From Phycisphaerae bacterium (GTDB lineage: Bacteria > Planctomycetota > Phycisphaerae > UBA1845): a stretch of 64,000 bases of DNA. The notes under the pieces are model-generated. The model saw nothing but the letters and a program-made list of their open reading frames with translations. It made no database searches and was not told where the DNA came from. Location of the stretch: contig CAXXGO010000006.1 in the NCBI GenBank assembly GCA_963666835.2, positions 192,001-256,000 on the forward strand. Direction: 5' to 3'. Both the position numbers and the translations under genes were made by a program. Shown here one piece after another: positions 52,269 to 62,069 of the stretch; within the stretch, counting starts at the first letter, position 1, and every line of letters begins with the position of its first letter.

Positions 52269-53066
52269 ATGCACAAGGATTCAGACGTGCCGGCAACGGC
52301 CAGCGACAAACCAACCTCAAACGAAATGCCGGCGGCGGCAGGCGATCCGCGCAAGGAGGAACCGCCGCAGGCCCTTCGTACCGATGGTTGGCTTGGCGGC
52401 GGAAGCGATCCCGGCAATACCGCGAGCCGGTCGACCGGGCGCTGGTGGCTTGGCGTGGTTGTTGGCGTGGTGATAGGGCTTCCGTTGGCGTGGTTGCTGT
52501 CGTATGCGGCCACTCTGCCGTTTCTCCTCGGGCTTTTCTTCTTTGCTCTGTTCGGATTGGTGATCGGGGCGGTGATTCACCGGGTCGCCTCTGCCGGCAG
52601 GCCTTACGGGCGAGCGATCTTGCTCGTGGGGACCACGTTTGCAGTCTTAGTCATTTGGGGGCTCGCTTTGGCCAAGGAAGGCCGAGACATGCCGCTCGAT
52701 CTGGCGAAGGAGGCTTCGCGTAGCAGGCGGATCGATTACGGTGGTCGCACGGTGGACGAGTTCCAGGTTCACGTTGCAGGGCAGATTCGCGACTACTTGG
52801 GCAGGCAATACCCGCCCGGTGGGACGTTGGGATACATGCGTTGGGCTCTGGATAGCGGCGTCATCGGTCGTGGGGAGATTGAGGGGGTCACGCGCGCGCT
52901 CGATCAGCCGCAACGGGGCTTTTGGTGGGCGGTGCGGGTGATTCTATCCGTCGGGCTTCTGGGCTTCGGGATCGGCTCGCAGACCCTGCAGTTGCGTTGG
53001 AAGGCGGATAAGGGGCTCGCGCGGGTGCGCGATGCGGCGGACCCCGACGATTCGGACCATTCGTGA
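52269..53066 (+). CDS. Hypothetical membrane protein
   Basis: Three N-terminal and one C-terminal TM segments. Confidence 0.75.
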   Translation: MHKDSDVPATASDKPTSNEMPAAAGDPRKEEPPQALRTDGWLGGGSDPGNTASRSTGRWWLGVVVGVVIGLPLAWLLSYAATLPFLLGLFFFALFGLVIGAVIHRVASAGRPYGRAILLVGTTFAVLVIWGLALAKEGRDMPLDLAKEASRSRRIDYGGRTVDEFQVHVAGQIRDYLGRQYPPGGTLGYMRWALDSGVIGRGEIEGVTRALDQPQRGFWWAVRVILSVGLLGFGIGSQTLQLRWKADKGLARVRDAADPDDSDHS

Positions 53067-53078
53067 GCTGACAATACT

Positions 53079-53471
53079 ATGTCATCATCACCGGAACTGT
53101 TCGTGGCCGCGATTGCCGAGCGCCATGATAACCAAATGCTGATCGCCCTTCCGGCAACCGCTACGGACGCCGAACGCTATTGGCAGTTTCCCCGCGGACT
53201 CGCCCACTCCGACGAGTCTCCCGAGAAGGCTCTGCGGAGAGTTGTTCTGGCGGATTTAGGTATCCGCGTGCAGATTGTGGTGGGCCAGCCGCCGCTCAGC
53301 GCACCCGTAGACGGAAAGCAGGCGGAGCTGCGTTACTTCTTCTGCGGGATCGTCGACGGTACGCCGCAACCGGGTCCCTATGCGGAAATCCGCTGGGTCC
53401 CGAAGCACCATCTGGAAGAGTATGAATTCGACGAAGCCTCCCGCCCGGTTGTCGATTGGCTTCTGCATTAG
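53079..53471 (+). CDS. NUDIX-fold (MutT-like) protein with degenerate Nudix box
   Basis: WQFPRG.....ESPEKALRRVVLADLG, EIRWV. Confidence 0.8.
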   Translation: MSSSPELFVAAIAERHDNQMLIALPATATDAERYWQFPRGLAHSDESPEKALRRVVLADLGIRVQIVVGQPPLSAPVDGKQAELRYFFCGIVDGTPQPGPYAEIRWVPKHHLEEYEFDEASRPVVDWLLH

Positions 53472-53597
53472 TTGCGCGCCGATGATCAGGCGTTGACAAA
53501 CGCGGCAGGTCTCGTTCCTCGACCAAGCCGTACACTCGCCGACGTTGTCCCGGGAAGAGGCCGTCGTAATCGGTCCGGCGAGCGTAAGCGACCCGTC

Positions 53598-55076
53598 TTA
53601 CGCCGAGGCCTTTTCCCGCGACCGGTCCATGGCCGCGGTAACGTACTTGAACACCAGGATGGCCAGAAACGCCGCGGCCCCCACCCCGGCGTAGATGAAC
53701 CAGATGTAGTGAGCGTGGGCGTACACTTCCGGAAGACTCGTGCCGTTGGCGATGGCGTCCAGACGCTGCTGTTGCACGACGGGGTCGAGTGTTTTGGGGT
53801 CCGGGCAATAAGCCTCGAGCAGAAACCCGGAAGCGATAAACCCGAACAGCCAGGCGAAAAATGTCGTCAAATGGGAATAGCCAAGGTACAGGCCAACATC
53901 CTCCGGCGGAGCCTGCTTGGAAGCATACTCCAGGAACTTCGGCGAAAGGAAGCACTCGGCCAGGCCTTGCAGGGCGATACCCACGATGACCATGAGGGTA
54001 ATAGGATGCAGCGCGAACCAGCCCATGATGGAGACCGAGTTGCCGGATGTCGCTTCTACGGCGGAACTAAGCGCTATGGTCAGCGCCGACAGTGGAATGA
54101 TAAAGAGCCCGATTGCGATTGCGTTTTCCGGCTTGAACTTTCGAATGACGTGGGTGATCGGGACAACCAGGATAACAACGACGAAGGGGTTGATGTTGGC
54201 CAGCCACTCCGGTTTCGCACCCTCGCCCAACAAGCGCAGCATGTACTTCGACATGGTGGCATAGAGCTGTCCCTGAATGAACCAGAACCCCGCAACGATC
54301 ATAATCAGAAACATGAAGCGGACGTGGGTGATCACTTTTAACAAACCCTGGAGCGATTCCTCGAGGGTCTTGCCCACTCCCTTCGTATCGGGGTTGCGGT
54401 AGAAGATCGCCACGCAGATCAGGGCACAGAATGCCATGCTCGCGGCGTAGAAGTTGATGTACTCCAAGCCGAGCTGCTGGCGCAGGGGAGCCGCCGCCGA
54501 CTTCCCGCAGAACGAGCCGATGTTGACCACCCCGTAGAAGATGGAAAACGCCCGAGCGCGATGAGCTTCATCGCTGCACTTTGACACCGTTCCGGAGATC
54601 ACCGGTTTTACAATGGCCCCGCCGAACATGATCAGCCCCAGCGCGGCCAGCACCGCCCACTTGAACTGAATGCCACTCAGAAGACCAGGCTCCGCCGCGA
54701 ACGGCAGCGCTCCAAAGAGCCCATATCCCATGGTCAGCAGACGGGGCTTCGCCGCGAACGGCAGAGCTCCCAACAGACCATACCCCACCGTCAACAAAGA
54801 GAAGGCCAACAGCAACGCCCGTCGGAACCCGATCCGGTCTGCCATGGCTCCCGTAAACGTCGGTAGCAGATAGAGAACCGAGCCGAACCCGCCCGCTACT
54901 ACTCCGGCTTCGACGTCGGTGAAGCCGACCTTGCGAGTCAGGTAGAGGCTCAGCGCGATGAACATGCCGTAGAACGCGGCCCGTTCAAACAACTCGGCGG
55001 TGTTGGCATACCAGAAGGTTGCCGGGAACCGCCAGTTGAGCTTCTGCTCGGGCTCTTTCAGGAGTGAATCGCTCAT
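53598..55076 (-). CDS. MFS transporter, POT/peptide-transporter-like
   Basis: ELFERAAFYG (ExxER), GAMADRIG, KP, AFSIFY..VNIGS. Confidence 0.9.
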   Translation of the reverse strand: MSDSLLKEPEQKLNWRFPATFWYANTAELFERAAFYGMFIALSLYLTRKVGFTDVEAGVVAGGFGSVLYLLPTFTGAMADRIGFRRALLLAFSLLTVGYGLLGALPFAAKPRLLTMGYGLFGALPFAAEPGLLSGIQFKWAVLAALGLIMFGGAIVKPVISGTVSKCSDEAHRARAFSIFYGVVNIGSFCGKSAAAPLRQQLGLEYINFYAASMAFCALICVAIFYRNPDTKGVGKTLEESLQGLLKVITHVRFMFLIMIVAGFWFIQGQLYATMSKYMLRLLGEGAKPEWLANINPFVVVILVVPITHVIRKFKPENAIAIGLFIIPLSALTIALSSAVEATSGNSVSIMGWFALHPITLMVIVGIALQGLAECFLSPKFLEYASKQAPPEDVGLYLGYSHLTTFFAWLFGFIASGFLLEAYCPDPKTLDPVVQQQRLDAIANGTSLPEVYAHAHYIWFIYAGVGAAAFLAILVFKYVTAAMDRSREKASA

Positions 55077-55104
55077 GGGTAGTCGGGCCCCGATGTATGG
55101 GTGG

Positions 55105-55716
55105 TTACGGTAGTATCTCGACGACGTCGCCGACGCGCAGGACGCTGAACAGCTCTTCGACGTCAGCGTCGGCCAGGGCGATGCAGCCGGCCGTCCAGTC
55201 CTCCCCGCGCCGCCGGCCGTGGATGCCGATCCCGCCGCCCAGCGCTGTGCCCCAGTCCGGACACCGCCCTTCCGCGAGGGCCCGGCGGATGCCGGCCGCC
55301 TCGCCGGTGGAGATCAGGCCCAAACGCAGCCCGCGCTCCAATGCTGCCGCCCCGGGGTAGTCGAGCCCGAGGAAACGGTGGAAGGGGCTCGCTGCGTTCT
55401 TGGTGACCACGTGGAACGTGCCTACGGGAGTACGCCCGTCGCCTTTGTGGAGCTTCTGACCGACCGGGCTCGTCCCGAGATCGATCGGGTAGGTCCGTGC
55501 CAGGGCATCGCCGTCGAACAGGTGCATGATCCTCTGGCTCTTGAGCACCACGACCCGTGGCGAAACGAGTTTGATCTCTGTACTTTCGGCGTTCGATCCG
55601 CCGGCCCCGATGGAGCCTGCGGACACAACGATCGCCACCGCGGCCAGGGACGCCCCGAAAGCGACTAACGCTCGTCTCCGGGTAATGCCCCTCGGGTTTC
55701 CGCCGGAATCGACCAT
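55105..55716 (-). CDS. L,D-transpeptidase (YkuD family)
   Basis: N-terminal anchor; GDGRTPVG, LDYP, IGIHG...WTAGCIAL. GAGG RBS before ATG at 55716. Confidence 0.9.
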   Translation of the reverse strand: MVDSGGNPRGITRRRALVAFGASLAAVAIVVSAGSIGAGGSNAESTEIKLVSPRVVVLKSQRIMHLFDGDALARTYPIDLGTSPVGQKLHKGDGRTPVGTFHVVTKNAASPFHRFLGLDYPGAAALERGLRLGLISTGEAAGIRRALAEGRCPDWGTALGGGIGIHGRRRGEDWTAGCIALADADVEELFSVLRVGDVVEILP

Positions 55717-55865
55717 AACCTCTTGTCTGACCTTCTTTAACTGTCTTCTGGTCACCAACGCCGCGTCACCTATGGACCGATAAGCAACTGAAGCGTTATG
55801 GGTCGAGAAACTGGCAGGAAACTCCGAACATCGCCTCGGCCGAAACGTAAGCATACAATGGGGTT

Positions 55866-56477
55866 GTGGAAGCGCCAACGGATGAGAAACTGCTCCAGGA
55901 ATACCTCGAGGGCAAGTCGGCCAGTTTTGAGCTGCTGGTACGCCGGCATGCACCGGACCTCTACCAGTTCGCCCTTAGGTTCACTACGAACGCAGTCGCG
56001 GCCGAGGACGTCGTGCAGGAGACCTTTCTGCAGATGCACACCTCGGCGAGCAGTTTCGATCCTCAGCGTCGCTTCAAGCCCTGGTTATTCACAATTGCGG
56101 CGAACAAAGCCCGGGACTTCATTCGTAGAAGGAAGCGTCGGCGGGAACTTCCGTTCGATGCGCAAATGTCCAGCGAGGACGACGCCGGGCAGCGGTTCCT
56201 CGATCTCCTTTCCGGCGATAGCGAGCTGCCCCACGACGATCTTCTTCGCGAGGAGAAACGTAGAGTAGTAAAGACGGCCGTGGAGGCGATGCCGACCAGA
56301 TTACAGGAAGTGCTGATTCTCGCGTACTTCCACCGGTTTCCATACCGGGAGATTGCCGAGGTCGTTGGTATTCCGCTCGGGACGGTGAAGAGCCGGCTGC
56401 ACGCGGCCGTAACGGCGTTCGAGGCCGCGTACCGGGCGGCGGTAAAAGAGCAGCTTGGCGATCGAGCTTCAGATTGA
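55866..56477 (+). CDS. ECF sigma-70 factor
   Basis: AEDVVQETFL, FKPWLFTIAAN, YREIAEVVGIPLGTVKSRLH. Confidence 0.93.
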   Translation: MEAPTDEKLLQEYLEGKSASFELLVRRHAPDLYQFALRFTTNAVAAEDVVQETFLQMHTSASSFDPQRRFKPWLFTIAANKARDFIRRRKRRRELPFDAQMSSEDDAGQRFLDLLSGDSELPHDDLLREEKRRVVKTAVEAMPTRLQEVLILAYFHRFPYREIAEVVGIPLGTVKSRLHAAVTAFEAAYRAAVKEQLGDRASD

Positions 56478-56529
56478 CGGGGCGCGGTCGCAAGAAGTAC
56501 GACTGCGGGACACGTGGAGTTGACCCCCT

Positions 56530-57552
56530 ATGGAACGTGATCGGAAGAAACGTGAGGAGTTCCTCCTCGACTTCCATCTCGACCAGTTGGCCGACGACGA
56601 CCGGGAGTGGATCGAGGCAGAACTTCTGCGGGACGCCGAGCTGCGGACCAAGAGCGATCGACTTGGCAGCGTTTTGAGGCCGCTGGACCATTGGTCGGTC
56701 GGGCAGACCCCGGCCCGGCTGGTCGACAACATCCTCCGTGCCGTTGAGCAGCCCTCGGCGGAAAAGAGCAGTTCGCGGTCTCGTGTAAGTGCGGGGGAGA
56801 CCTATCGCCCGCGCTCGTTCTTCACCTTACGCGAGGTAGTCGCAATAGCCGCATCGATCGTCCTGCTGATGAGTGTGATTATCCCCGGGGTATCCTCCGC
56901 CCGATCCCGTTCCCAGCGCGAGGCGTGTGCCAGTAACCTCGGCTCGGTCTTCCGTGGTCTGACTTTGTATGAACAGAGCTTCGGTGGTTCGTTGCCCTAT
57001 GCGGGCAGCCGTCCGGGCACCGCGTGGCTGCCGTGTGACGAATCCGGCTCGGCGTGCGCGTCTAACAGCCGCCATCCATACCTGATCGCCCGGCTCAACT
57101 ACGCCAAGCCGGAGGATTTCGTGTGCCCGGCCGACAAGGCGGGGCAGCCGATGCGTCGGGACGAGTTGGCCCTGCGCGATGACTTTGCCAGTGCCGCGAA
57201 CATGAGCTATGCCTCGCTCAATCTGTCCGGGGAGACGCCCAACCTCCATCCGCCGGGCCCGCTTGCGTATATGAGCGATCGGAACCCGTTGTTCGCCAAC
57301 GCTCGGTTCAACCCCGGCTTGGACCCTGCGAAGGCTAATTCTCCGGTTCACGGAAAGGGGTCCGGCCAGAGCGTGCTCTTTTTGGACGGCAGCGTTCGGT
57401 GGATGACGACGCCGATCTACGGGGCCAGGCGTGACAATGTATGGCTAATGGGTGACGTCCGCGAGTATGTCGGCACCGAGGCACCAACCGATCAGCAGGA
57501 CGCTTTCCTTATCCCCGGCTACCCGGCCGGCGAGCCCCGCAAACTGGATTAG
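56530..57552 (+). CDS. Anti-sigma-like protein fused to a pilin-like/DUF1559 (H-X9-DG-type) domain
   Basis: LLDFHLDQL N-terminus; FTLREVVAIAASIVLL..IIP....AR...R..CASNL; C-terminal H.....GQSVLFLDGSV. Confidence 0.75.
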   Translation: MERDRKKREEFLLDFHLDQLADDDREWIEAELLRDAELRTKSDRLGSVLRPLDHWSVGQTPARLVDNILRAVEQPSAEKSSSRSRVSAGETYRPRSFFTLREVVAIAASIVLLMSVIIPGVSSARSRSQREACASNLGSVFRGLTLYEQSFGGSLPYAGSRPGTAWLPCDESGSACASNSRHPYLIARLNYAKPEDFVCPADKAGQPMRRDELALRDDFASAANMSYASLNLSGETPNLHPPGPLAYMSDRNPLFANARFNPGLDPAKANSPVHGKGSGQSVLFLDGSVRWMTTPIYGARRDNVWLMGDVREYVGTEAPTDQQDAFLIPGYPAGEPRKLD

Positions 57553-57705
57553 CACACACGACCCAGATCACCCGACCGTAACGCAGGCATCTTGCCTGCA
57601 AGAACTGTAGCGCGGGTGCCCATCCATTCCGGCGTTCGCCGGGTGGGAACAGCCACGCCTCCTCCCCGCCGGAACGGGTGGGGGACGGCCCCGAACCCCC
57701 GCCCC

Positions 57706-57870
57706 TAACTCGGATTGTTCATCCACGCGGAGCATAGCCCGTAAACCAATGTAGCGCCAGGGCTTGTCCCTGGCGTGGAAGCGTGCTGTGTTACTCTGAC
57801 GCCACCCACAAGTGATGGCGCCACAGTGAGTTACGTACATTTGTGTGAACGTCGTGAATAATCCGGGCTA
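57706..57870. mobile_element. MITE-like element, 165 bp
   Basis: Imperfect TIRs TAACTCGGATTGTTCA / TGAATAATCCGGGCTA; internal GTAGCGCCAGGG..CCCTGGCG hairpin; second copy at 17499. Confidence 0.65.
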
Positions 57871-58072
57871 ATCCCCCGACGTCCGGAGTTGGGTTCCAGC
57901 CAGTTACGGTTTAGTCTTGAGCGCACCGGCCTTATGGCGTATATGTCGGCCTATGTGACCTGCGTATACGGGCATACAGGGCAGCCCGTGGCACCGGACT
58001 CGACACGCTCACGTCGGCCTAGCCGGTGGTGTCGCCGGCGGGCTCGATCGAACCTCGCGGAGACGATTCGAC

Positions 58073-61000
58073 ATGAACACGCTAATCGTCCGCCACACCG
58101 GCGGTCCCGACGACGAGCCCAAATTCCACGTCGAACGCTTGGAGGACGGCAAACGCACTAAGCCGGCCGTCATTCGGCCGCCCGTGGGGTTCCCCGTCGA
58201 GGGTCGACCCAATAGCGACCTGATGCGCGAGCTCCGCTGGTACCTTGAGACCTTTCTCGGTTACCCCTTTGAGCCGGAGACCGACCACGCCGACCGCGTG
58301 CTTGACGCCCTGCGCAAGTGGGGCCGACAGGCCTTCGACGCCGTGTTCGATACCAAGGAGGGGGGCAAGTTTCTGGACAATGCGACGGATGACGGCCACT
58401 ACGACCGGCTGCACCTCCAGATATCCAGTGACGACCCCCGCGTTCTCGCCTGGCCGTGGGAGGCGCTGGAAGACTCCGGCGCCGGCCTCCTCGCCCAAAC
58501 CTGCCAGATCGAACGCCGCCTTAACGAGGTCGTCGACCCGCCGTCGCTCGATGAGCGTCTACCACGCGATCGGGTGAACATCCTCCTGGTCACCGCCCGG
58601 CCGTTCCAAGAGGACGTGCGTTACCGTTCGATCTCCCGTCCGCTGGTGGAGTTAGTCGACGAGCACAAGCTCGCCGCCCACGTTACCGTCCTGCGCCCGC
58701 CGACGTTTGATCAACTGCGCCGCCACCTGCACGAGCACCCGGGCCACTATCACATCCTGCACTTCGATGGCCACGGCGGCTACGGCGCAAGCTCCCCGGG
58801 CGACAACACGGCGCACGCCCTTCAGGGCTCGCACGGCGTTCTCGTCTTTGAGGACAAGGATGGAAAACCCGAGAGGGTGAATACTGAACAGCTCAGCAGC
58901 CTGCTGCGTGAGACGGCCATTCCCGCTGTCGTGCTCAACGCCTGCCAATCGGCCATGATCGACGCCCACGCCGAAGACGCCTTCGCCTCGGTGGCCGCGT
59001 CGCTCATCAAGTCCGGCATTCGTAGCGTGGTCGCGATGGCCTATTCGCTCTACGTCAGCGGCGGGCGGCAGTTCATTCCGGCTTTCTACGAACGCCTCTT
59101 CGACGCCGGCAACGTCGCCCAGGCCGTCCGCGCCGGGCGCCAACAGATGTTCGCCCACCCCAACCGCATTTGCGCCCGCGGCGAGTTCCCCCTCAACGAT
59201 TGGCTCGTCCCCGTCGTCTATCAGCAACAACCGCTGGATTTCTCCTTCGCGGCAGAAGCGAAGAAAACGGCCGAGCCCAGGAAGTCCCGCCTGCCGGAGG
59301 GGGCCCACGACGAGGATAATCCCTACGGCTTCGTCGGCCGCGACGGCCCGCTGTTGGCCTTGGAGCGGGCCATGCTCCGCCCACCCGCCGGCATCCTCAT
59401 TCACGGGCTGGGCGGTATCGGCAAGACCACACTCGCCCGCGGATTCGTTCAATGGCTCGAAGCGACCGAAGGGCTGGGGCATGGCTGCTTCTGGTTCACC
59501 TTCAACGACATCTACAACGCCGAGTTCGTCATCAACCGCATGGGCGAGGCGGTCTTCGGCGCCGACTTCATCACCGCCCCGATGGATCGGAAGCTCGACG
59601 CCCTGCAAGCGGCCTTTAAGGACAACCGGTTCGTCATCGTCTGGGATAATTTCGAGGTCGCCAAAGGTATCGAAGGCACATCGGTGACGCCCAACCTCTC
59701 CGCCGAGGATTGTGATCTGCTACTCGCCCTGCTCAAGAAGCTCCGGGGCGGCAAGAGCAAGATAATCATCACCAGCCGGTCGGTGGAGAGCTGGCTGGGC
59801 GACAGCAACCGCTTCCTGCTCACCATCGGCGGGTTGGAGGGGGACGAACGCTGGGACTATTGCGAGGTCGTCCTGCGCGACTTGGGCTTGACGGTCGACC
59901 GTGACGACAAGGACATGGTGGAACTGATGAAACTGCTCGGAGGCCACACCCTGGCCATGCGGGCCGTCATCCCCAAGCTCGCGGAACTCCCCGCCGGGCG
60001 GATCGCCGCCGCCCTGCGCACCAACCTCGACAAGCTGGACCTGCCCGACGACGAGGTCAGCGCCAAGCTGGCGGCCACGTTGCGCTTTGTGGAGGAGTCC
60101 CTGCCCGAAGACCAACGTCCGCTGCTGATTCCCCTCGCCCTGCACGAAGGCTTCGTGGATGCGGATCATCTGGAGTACATGGCTAAGCAGGTGGACGAAC
60201 AGTTCTCGCGCACCGTCATCGATCGCTTCGCCGAGGCTCTCTGCGGCGCCGGCCTGCTGCGCCACCGCACCGGGCCCGTCTTCGAAATGCACCCCGCGTT
60301 GACGGGCTTCCTACGTGCTGCGGTCCTGCCGGCCGGCGCAAAGGAAACCCGCGACGCCTGGGCCCGCGCCTTTGTGGACGTGATGGGGAATCTGGCCGAC
60401 CAACTGGCCCCGCGCGAACTCCACGAGCAGCGGTTTGGCTTCCACGTTCACGGGGCCAACTTCCATCACGCTCTGGCCGAGGCCGAGCGGCTTGGCATGG
60501 ACATGCCCATCCGCGCGCTGATTCAGTCCCTGGGCGCGTATGCTCAAAACACCTGCGACTACGCCGGTGCCGCCCGCCTGTTCACTCGCCTGGCTGAGAT
60601 AGAAAAGAGGGGCGGAGATCCGGAGAGAGAAGCGGCCGCCTATCACCAACTGGGGATTATCGCCGCGGAGCAGCGTGACTTCGCCGGCGCCGAGCATTGG
60701 TATCGCAAGTCGCTGGCCATCGAGGAGAAGCAGGGCAACGAACACGGTGCCGCCATGACCTATCACCAACTGGGGATTATCGCCGCGGAGCAGCGTGACT
60801 TCGCCGGCGCCGAGCAGTGGTATCGCAAGGGTGTGGCGGTCTTCGAGAGGCTGGGCATCGAACATCATGCCGCTGCTGCCTATCACCAACTGGGGATGAT
60901 CGCCGAGGAACAGCGTGACTTCGCCGGCGCCGAGCATTGGTATCGCAAGTCCCTGGCGATCAAGGAGAAGCAGGGCAACGAACACGGTGCCGCCATGACC

Positions 61001-61945
61001 TATCACCAACTGGGGCGGATCGCCCAGGAGCAGCGTGACTTCGCCGGCGCCGAGCAGTGGTATCGCAAGGGTGTGGCGGTCTTCGAGAGGCTGGGCATCG
61101 AACATCATGCCGCTGCTGCCTATCACCAACTGGGGATTATCGCCGCGGAGCAGCGTGACTTCGCCCGCGCCGAGCAGTGGTATCGCAAGGGTGTGGCGGT
61201 CTTCGAGAGGCTGGGCATCGAACATCATGCCGCTGCTGCCTATCACCAACTGGGGATTATCGCCGCGGAGCAGCGTGACTTCGCCGGCGCCGAGCATTGG
61301 TATCGCAAGTCGCTGGCCATCGAGGAGAAGCAGGGCAACGAACACGGTGCCGCCATGACCTATCACCAACTGGGGATTATCGCCGCGGAGCAGCGTGACT
61401 TCGCCGGCGCCGAGCAGTGGTATCGCAAGTCGCTGGCCATCAAAGAGAAGCAGGGCAACGAACACGGTGCCGCCAGCACCTATCACCAACTGGGGATGAT
61501 CGCCGCGGAGCAGCGTGACTTCTCCGGCGCCGAGCAGTGGTATCGCAAGTCGCTGGCCATCAAAGAGAAGCAGGGCAACGAACACGGTGCCGCCATTACC
61601 TATCACCAACTGGGGATGATCGCCGCGGAGCAGCGTGACTTCTCCGGCGCCGAGCAGTGGTATCGCAAGTCGCTGGCCATCGAGGAAAAGCAGGGCAACG
61701 AACACGGTGCCGCCAACACGTACGGTCAACTGGGGATCATTGCGGGGCGGCAAGAGCGGTTTGAGGAGGCGGGGCAATGGCTCATTCAGTCCGTCCAGAC
61801 CTTCTCGCGTTGCAATGACCCCCACGGTGCCGAGCGAAACGCCGGCAACTATATTGTGTTTTGGAGACAGGCTCCCCCGGACGTTCAGGCGAAGCTGAAG
61901 GCCATGTGGCAGAAGGCGGGCCTCGGTGACTGGCCCGCAGACTAA
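58073..61945 (+). CDS. CHAT (caspase-like) protease - STAND/NB-ARC-like NTPase - TPR protein
   Basis: PWE, LHFDGHG and VLNACQS (His/Cys dyad), FVGR, GLGGIGKTTLA, IVWDNFE, ITSR, GGHTLA, MHP, then 10 TPRs. Confidence 0.93.
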   Translation: MNTLIVRHTGGPDDEPKFHVERLEDGKRTKPAVIRPPVGFPVEGRPNSDLMRELRWYLETFLGYPFEPETDHADRVLDALRKWGRQAFDAVFDTKEGGKFLDNATDDGHYDRLHLQISSDDPRVLAWPWEALEDSGAGLLAQTCQIERRLNEVVDPPSLDERLPRDRVNILLVTARPFQEDVRYRSISRPLVELVDEHKLAAHVTVLRPPTFDQLRRHLHEHPGHYHILHFDGHGGYGASSPGDNTAHALQGSHGVLVFEDKDGKPERVNTEQLSSLLRETAIPAVVLNACQSAMIDAHAEDAFASVAASLIKSGIRSVVAMAYSLYVSGGRQFIPAFYERLFDAGNVAQAVRAGRQQMFAHPNRICARGEFPLNDWLVPVVYQQQPLDFSFAAEAKKTAEPRKSRLPEGAHDEDNPYGFVGRDGPLLALERAMLRPPAGILIHGLGGIGKTTLARGFVQWLEATEGLGHGCFWFTFNDIYNAEFVINRMGEAVFGADFITAPMDRKLDALQAAFKDNRFVIVWDNFEVAKGIEGTSVTPNLSAEDCDLLLALLKKLRGGKSKIIITSRSVESWLGDSNRFLLTIGGLEGDERWDYCEVVLRDLGLTVDRDDKDMVELMKLLGGHTLAMRAVIPKLAELPAGRIAAALRTNLDKLDLPDDEVSAKLAATLRFVEESLPEDQRPLLIPLALHEGFVDADHLEYMAKQVDEQFSRTVIDRFAEALCGAGLLRHRTGPVFEMHPALTGFLRAAVLPAGAKETRDAWARAFVDVMGNLADQLAPRELHEQRFGFHVHGANFHHALAEAERLGMDMPIRALIQSLGAYAQNTCDYAGAARLFTRLAEIEKRGGDPEREAAAYHQLGIIAAEQRDFAGAEHWYRKSLAIEEKQGNEHGAAMTYHQLGIIAAEQRDFAGAEQWYRKGVAVFERLGIEHHAAAAYHQLGMIAEEQRDFAGAEHWYRKSLAIKEKQGNEHGAAMTYHQLGRIAQEQRDFAGAEQWYRKGVAVFERLGIEHHAAAAYHQLGIIAAEQRDFARAEQWYRKGVAVFERLGIEHHAAAAYHQLGIIAAEQRDFAGAEHWYRKSLAIEEKQGNEHGAAMTYHQLGIIAAEQRDFAGAEQWYRKSLAIKEKQGNEHGAASTYHQLGMIAAEQRDFSGAEQWYRKSLAIKEKQGNEHGAAITYHQLGMIAAEQRDFSGAEQWYRKSLAIEEKQGNEHGAANTYGQLGIIAGRQERFEEAGQWLIQSVQTFSRCNDPHGAERNAGNYIVFWRQAPPDVQAKLKAMWQKAGLGDWPAD
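60641..61800 (+). repeat. Intragenic 120-bp tandem repeats encoding TPRs
   Basis: TATCACCAACTGGGG recurs every 120 nt from 60641 to 61601; divergent tenth unit at 61721. Confidence 0.95.
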
Positions 61946-62069
61946 GACGTCTCGGCTAGTGACTCGGACACCCGGTAGGGTGCGCCCGGCCGTACCAATG
62001 CCTCTCCACACCGGCCTCGTAGGGCATAACCACCGGGCTGCAAGGACGCCCCGTCTTCATACATCTTCA

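Noticed and set aside
51787..52320. Additional Mu late gene upstream of the gp26-like ORF
   Set aside because: ORFs in this gap have no recognisable features; probably a divergent promoter region.
60641..61800. CRISPR array or diversity-generating retroelement
   Set aside because: Repeats are in-frame 120-nt coding units with no unique spacers, and there is no cas gene or reverse transcriptase in the window.
60311..62011. 566-aa minus-strand ORF (also 58652-59608)
   Set aside because: Antisense shadow of the repetitive, GC-rich CHAT-TPR gene.
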